Assembly: GCF_964213995.1 (NCBI RefSeq) | Contig: NC_135819.1 | Coordinates: 45,942,001 to 46,006,000, forward strand | Reading direction: 5' to 3' | Length of the DNA: 64,000 bases | Source: Mustelus asterias | Lineage: Eukaryota | Shown: one piece after another, positions 63,285 through 64,000 of the stretch | Numbering within the stretch: the first letter of the stretch is position 1 | Layout: the number at the start of each line of letters is the position of its first letter | Position numbers and translations under genes: made by a program | Notes under the pieces: generated by a model | Seen by the model: the letters and a program-made list of their open reading frames with translations, nothing else | What the model was told of the DNA's origin: nothing | The model's database searches: none

Positions 63285-63593
63285 TTTAAAAGTTTATTTT
63301 ATTAGTGTCACAAGTAGGCTTGCATCAACACTGCAATGAAGTTACTGTGAAAATCCTGTAGTCGCCACACTCTGGCGCCTGTTCGGGTACGCTGAGGGAG
63401 AATTTAGCATGGCCAATGCACCTAACCAGCACGTCTTTCCGACTGTGGGAGGAAACCGGAGCACCCGGAGGAAACCCAGGCAGACACGAGAGAACGTGCA
63501 GACTCCACACAGACAGTGACCCAAGCCAGGAATCAAACCCGAGACCCTGGCGCTGCGAGGCAGCAATGCTAATCACTGTGCCACCGTGCCACC
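63285..63593 (-). mobile_element. Alternative-tail V-SINE
   Basis: Reverse tail, core and complete head. Confidence 0.9.
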
Positions 63594-64000
63594 CATTCAT
63601 CAAATTCACCATGTCTTAACTGTAGCTGGAATTACTTTATTCGAATTATCTGCAGTTTAACTGATTGGCGTTTATGAGTTCAACACTTCCCCATTAGAAA
63701 TAATTCAGTTGACAGATCAAAGAAGCTGACAAGCTTCTATTTTGGGTCACAGTCTTAATAAAGGCATTTTCATGATACAGAACAGCTGTCATTAGGCTGC
63801 TATTGGCAGACCGTTTCCATTTCTCCAAACTGAATGAGTGGGATCAACGTGGATTCATCAATTACACGAGGCTCACATTGTGCTGAATTTGCAGCACGTC
63901 ACTAACGTTTAGGAATCACAAGTTAGTGTGGTAAAGGATGGTACAACAAACATCACAGCACTCAAAAGCATTGTTGATGTGATAGAAATGTGACTCTTTG

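Overview
Repeat-rich eukaryotic genomic DNA, most likely from a shark or other cartilaginous fish. This is inferred from the repeat content: HE1-type V-SINEs, CR1/HER1 LINEs, Deu-domain SINEs and Penelope-like elements. I cannot support any host protein-coding exon, so the window looks intronic or intergenic, and the longest ORFs are retroelement fragments (CR1 reverse transcriptase, Penelope GIY-YIG endonuclease). There is a 280-N assembly gap at 35973-36252. The most notable structures read directly from the sequence are: (1) a complete miniature LTR retrotransposon (TRIM-like, 43442-44457, minus strand) with two 300-bp LTRs, an 18-nt tRNA-iMet primer-binding site, a 62-bp internal domain and a 5-bp TSD; (2) several Penelope-like insertions with 11-14 bp TSDs, including tiny fold-back insertions and minimal hammerhead ribozymes whose stem I covaries between two subfamilies; (3) a mosaic Penelope insert containing a segment with clustered A-to-G changes that resembles a retrotransposed ADAR-edited RNA; (4) a closely related inverted CR1 pair; (5) a tail-swapped V-SINE subfamily. 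Family names come from recognition of motifs, not from database searches, and the boundaries of degraded repeats are approximate.
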